A DNA stretch of 62,990 nucleotides, the filler included, from Rhabdomonas costata (lineage: Eukaryota), in the NCBI GenBank assembly GCA_019059605.1. It is 23 parts of 23 records of this genome, joined end to end, with 100 filler letters (N's around TTAATTAATTAA, not from the genome) between each part and the next. Parts side by side here need not be neighbours in the genome. Positions count along the whole stretch, not along the records: positions 60,353 to 62,990 come from JAHMHO010002528.1; 22 more parts are not named here. One strand, 5' to 3'. The position numbers and the translations under genes were made by a program. The number at the start of each line of letters is the position of its first letter. Position 1 is the first letter of the stretch. The notes under the pieces were generated by a model that was not told the origin of the DNA, did no database searches, and was given only the letters and a program-made list of their open reading frames with translations. Positions 61,340-62,990 of the stretch are shown piece by piece.

Positions 61340-62990
61340 GTGAGGAGTAAAAAGAAAGACTAGACTTAACACCTAAGGGAAAACAGGGGCAAGTGACCAC
61401 GTCACCACAGCATAAGGTGGGGGGCAGCCGGTGGGTCACTAGAGGGGCCCTCGAGGTGCGATCGGGAGCAAGGCGGGTGTCAGAAGGCAGAGGTATGGAG
61501 GGGCAGGCCGTCAGAACACTCACGAAGATGCGGACATTCGAAAGCTACGTGAAAAAAAAGAAATAAACAGACACAACACAGGGAGAAAGAAGCCTGGTAA
61601 GAGGAGAAAGCCACAGAAAGAAGAGCGGGAATAGTCCCCCACAACCAGCCCGGTGACATCTGTAACACCACTTCAAAACAAAAAAACTCACACCCCAAAA
61701 ACGGATGTGAAAAAACCACAAATATATGTGTGATATCTTTGAATTCACAGTCTTCAGAAGGCGAAGTGTTTGTTTCATCACGTGAAGAAAGACCCTGGCT
61801 TCGTATGAAAAACATCAAATGCAAAGCTGCGCTCTCCCCAACCCCTCACCCCACACCTTCCTTTCACTCAAGGAGGAGCTCACCGCACAAACCAAACTGG
61901 TTTCGGCCACTTTGTGCTCCCCCCGTATCGTCTTCCTGCACAGACCCTAACAGAGCAGCCTTCCCTCTTCCCACAGCACAGCAACTGCTCTTCAACCGCG
62001 AACTGGCGAAACAGCAGCCAGCCTGCCGCTCACCGCTCCTTCCGCGGCGCGGAGCGGCGAGGTGCAGTGCCCCCCTGCACTCTCTGACCTTCTCCTCACC
62101 AAACAGCATTTTCCTCAACCGGCACTCCCCTGCCGCCCGCGAACTGCCAACAAAACAGTTGCGCCCTCTGCCCTTGGCGCCTGACTCTGGGTGTGGCAAC
62201 CTAGCGCGTGCCTTTGTTTCGTCACGTAAAGAAGCCCGTATCTTCTTATATTATCAAAAAGAGCTCGCTCGTCCGGTTGGATTTGATGGGATTTTGGGAA
62301 CTATGCATTTGACATAAATGGGCAATCTCCAACGTGCCTCAATCGTCATTTGAGACTCATCTCGTGCTGTCTGCAACCAAGATCCGCAGAGCGCGCTCCC
62401 AAACTCAGCCCAACTAGCCTCCACTCAAGGAGAACCTCACTTCCCCCCCCCCTCCAAAAAAAACTTTTCTTGAAGCTTTTTTGCGGATGGTCGGGGAGAT
62501 ATCTTTGAATTCAAGTCTTCCTGAAACCGTTCATCCTGGGGACTACGTAATATAATGGCACTTAAGAGCCTTGTTTTTTTGTGGCAGATTATCACGGGTC
62601 GAATGACCATCACCATAAAACCTTCCACCTCTTGTTTTAAGATTTTGTTTTAGACGAGAATTGTTTGGAATCATGACTTCGAGTTTGTCCCTTTTGAACC
62701 CCTCTGCAGGTCTGTCTCACACCTATTTTTTTTAAATCTTATTTTCTTCTGCGCTTTTGTTTTAGATTGGTCAAACGTGCGCGCTCAAGCGAATACAAGC
62801 ACAAGAGGGGAGTGGTAAGTTGAAACCTGTAAATGAAGTTCTCCTTCTCCTCTGGCGTTTCCTGTGACTGCTTCAGCCTTACTCTTCCTCATTCTCTTGG
62901 CTGTGACTGGCGTGGACTGGAGTCTGGAGTCTTAAAATTTACAGCTGCGTCCGGTTCCACACAATCCTGTCGCGAGTTAACACCACCCAC

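Overview
This window is not continuous DNA. It is 23 unrelated contigs of about 2.64 kb, roughly sorted by length, joined by 22 artificial 100-bp linkers (N44-TTAATTAATTAA-N44). Gene adjacency across linkers therefore means nothing. The contigs are nuclear DNA of an intron-rich flagellated eukaryote, inferred to be a euglenozoan and probably a euglenid. That inference rests on a fungal-type homocitrate synthase, IFT27, PRORP, a class I S1/P1 nuclease and candidate trans-splice acceptors. Most contigs begin with G/T-only bases and end with A/C-only bases, the footprint of whole-genome amplification with G/T-only primers. Joining exons by hand across GT-AG introns (one GC-AG) recovers fragments of: PRORP, an ET/NET-domain protein, an ankyrin protein, a SIR2-like (SIR2_2) protein, an R-S-E ADP-ribosyltransferase with a Cys/His-rich N-terminus, a GT77-like glycosyltransferase, a Methyltransf_22 protein, an S1/P1 nuclease, homocitrate synthase, a CDF zinc transporter, IFT27 and PDS5. 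A small Tim and a class I SAM methyltransferase appear complete. There are also a decayed Merlin (IS1595-like) DNA transposon with TIR-like ends and a decayed APE+RT non-LTR retrotransposon. I recognised no rRNA, tRNA or CRISPR. The best leads are the spliced SIR2_2 gene (related to bacterial NADase defence effectors), the ART, and a pattern of closely spaced same-strand genes with pyrimidine tract + AG just before the ATG. All family calls are from motif recognition by eye; no database search was run.
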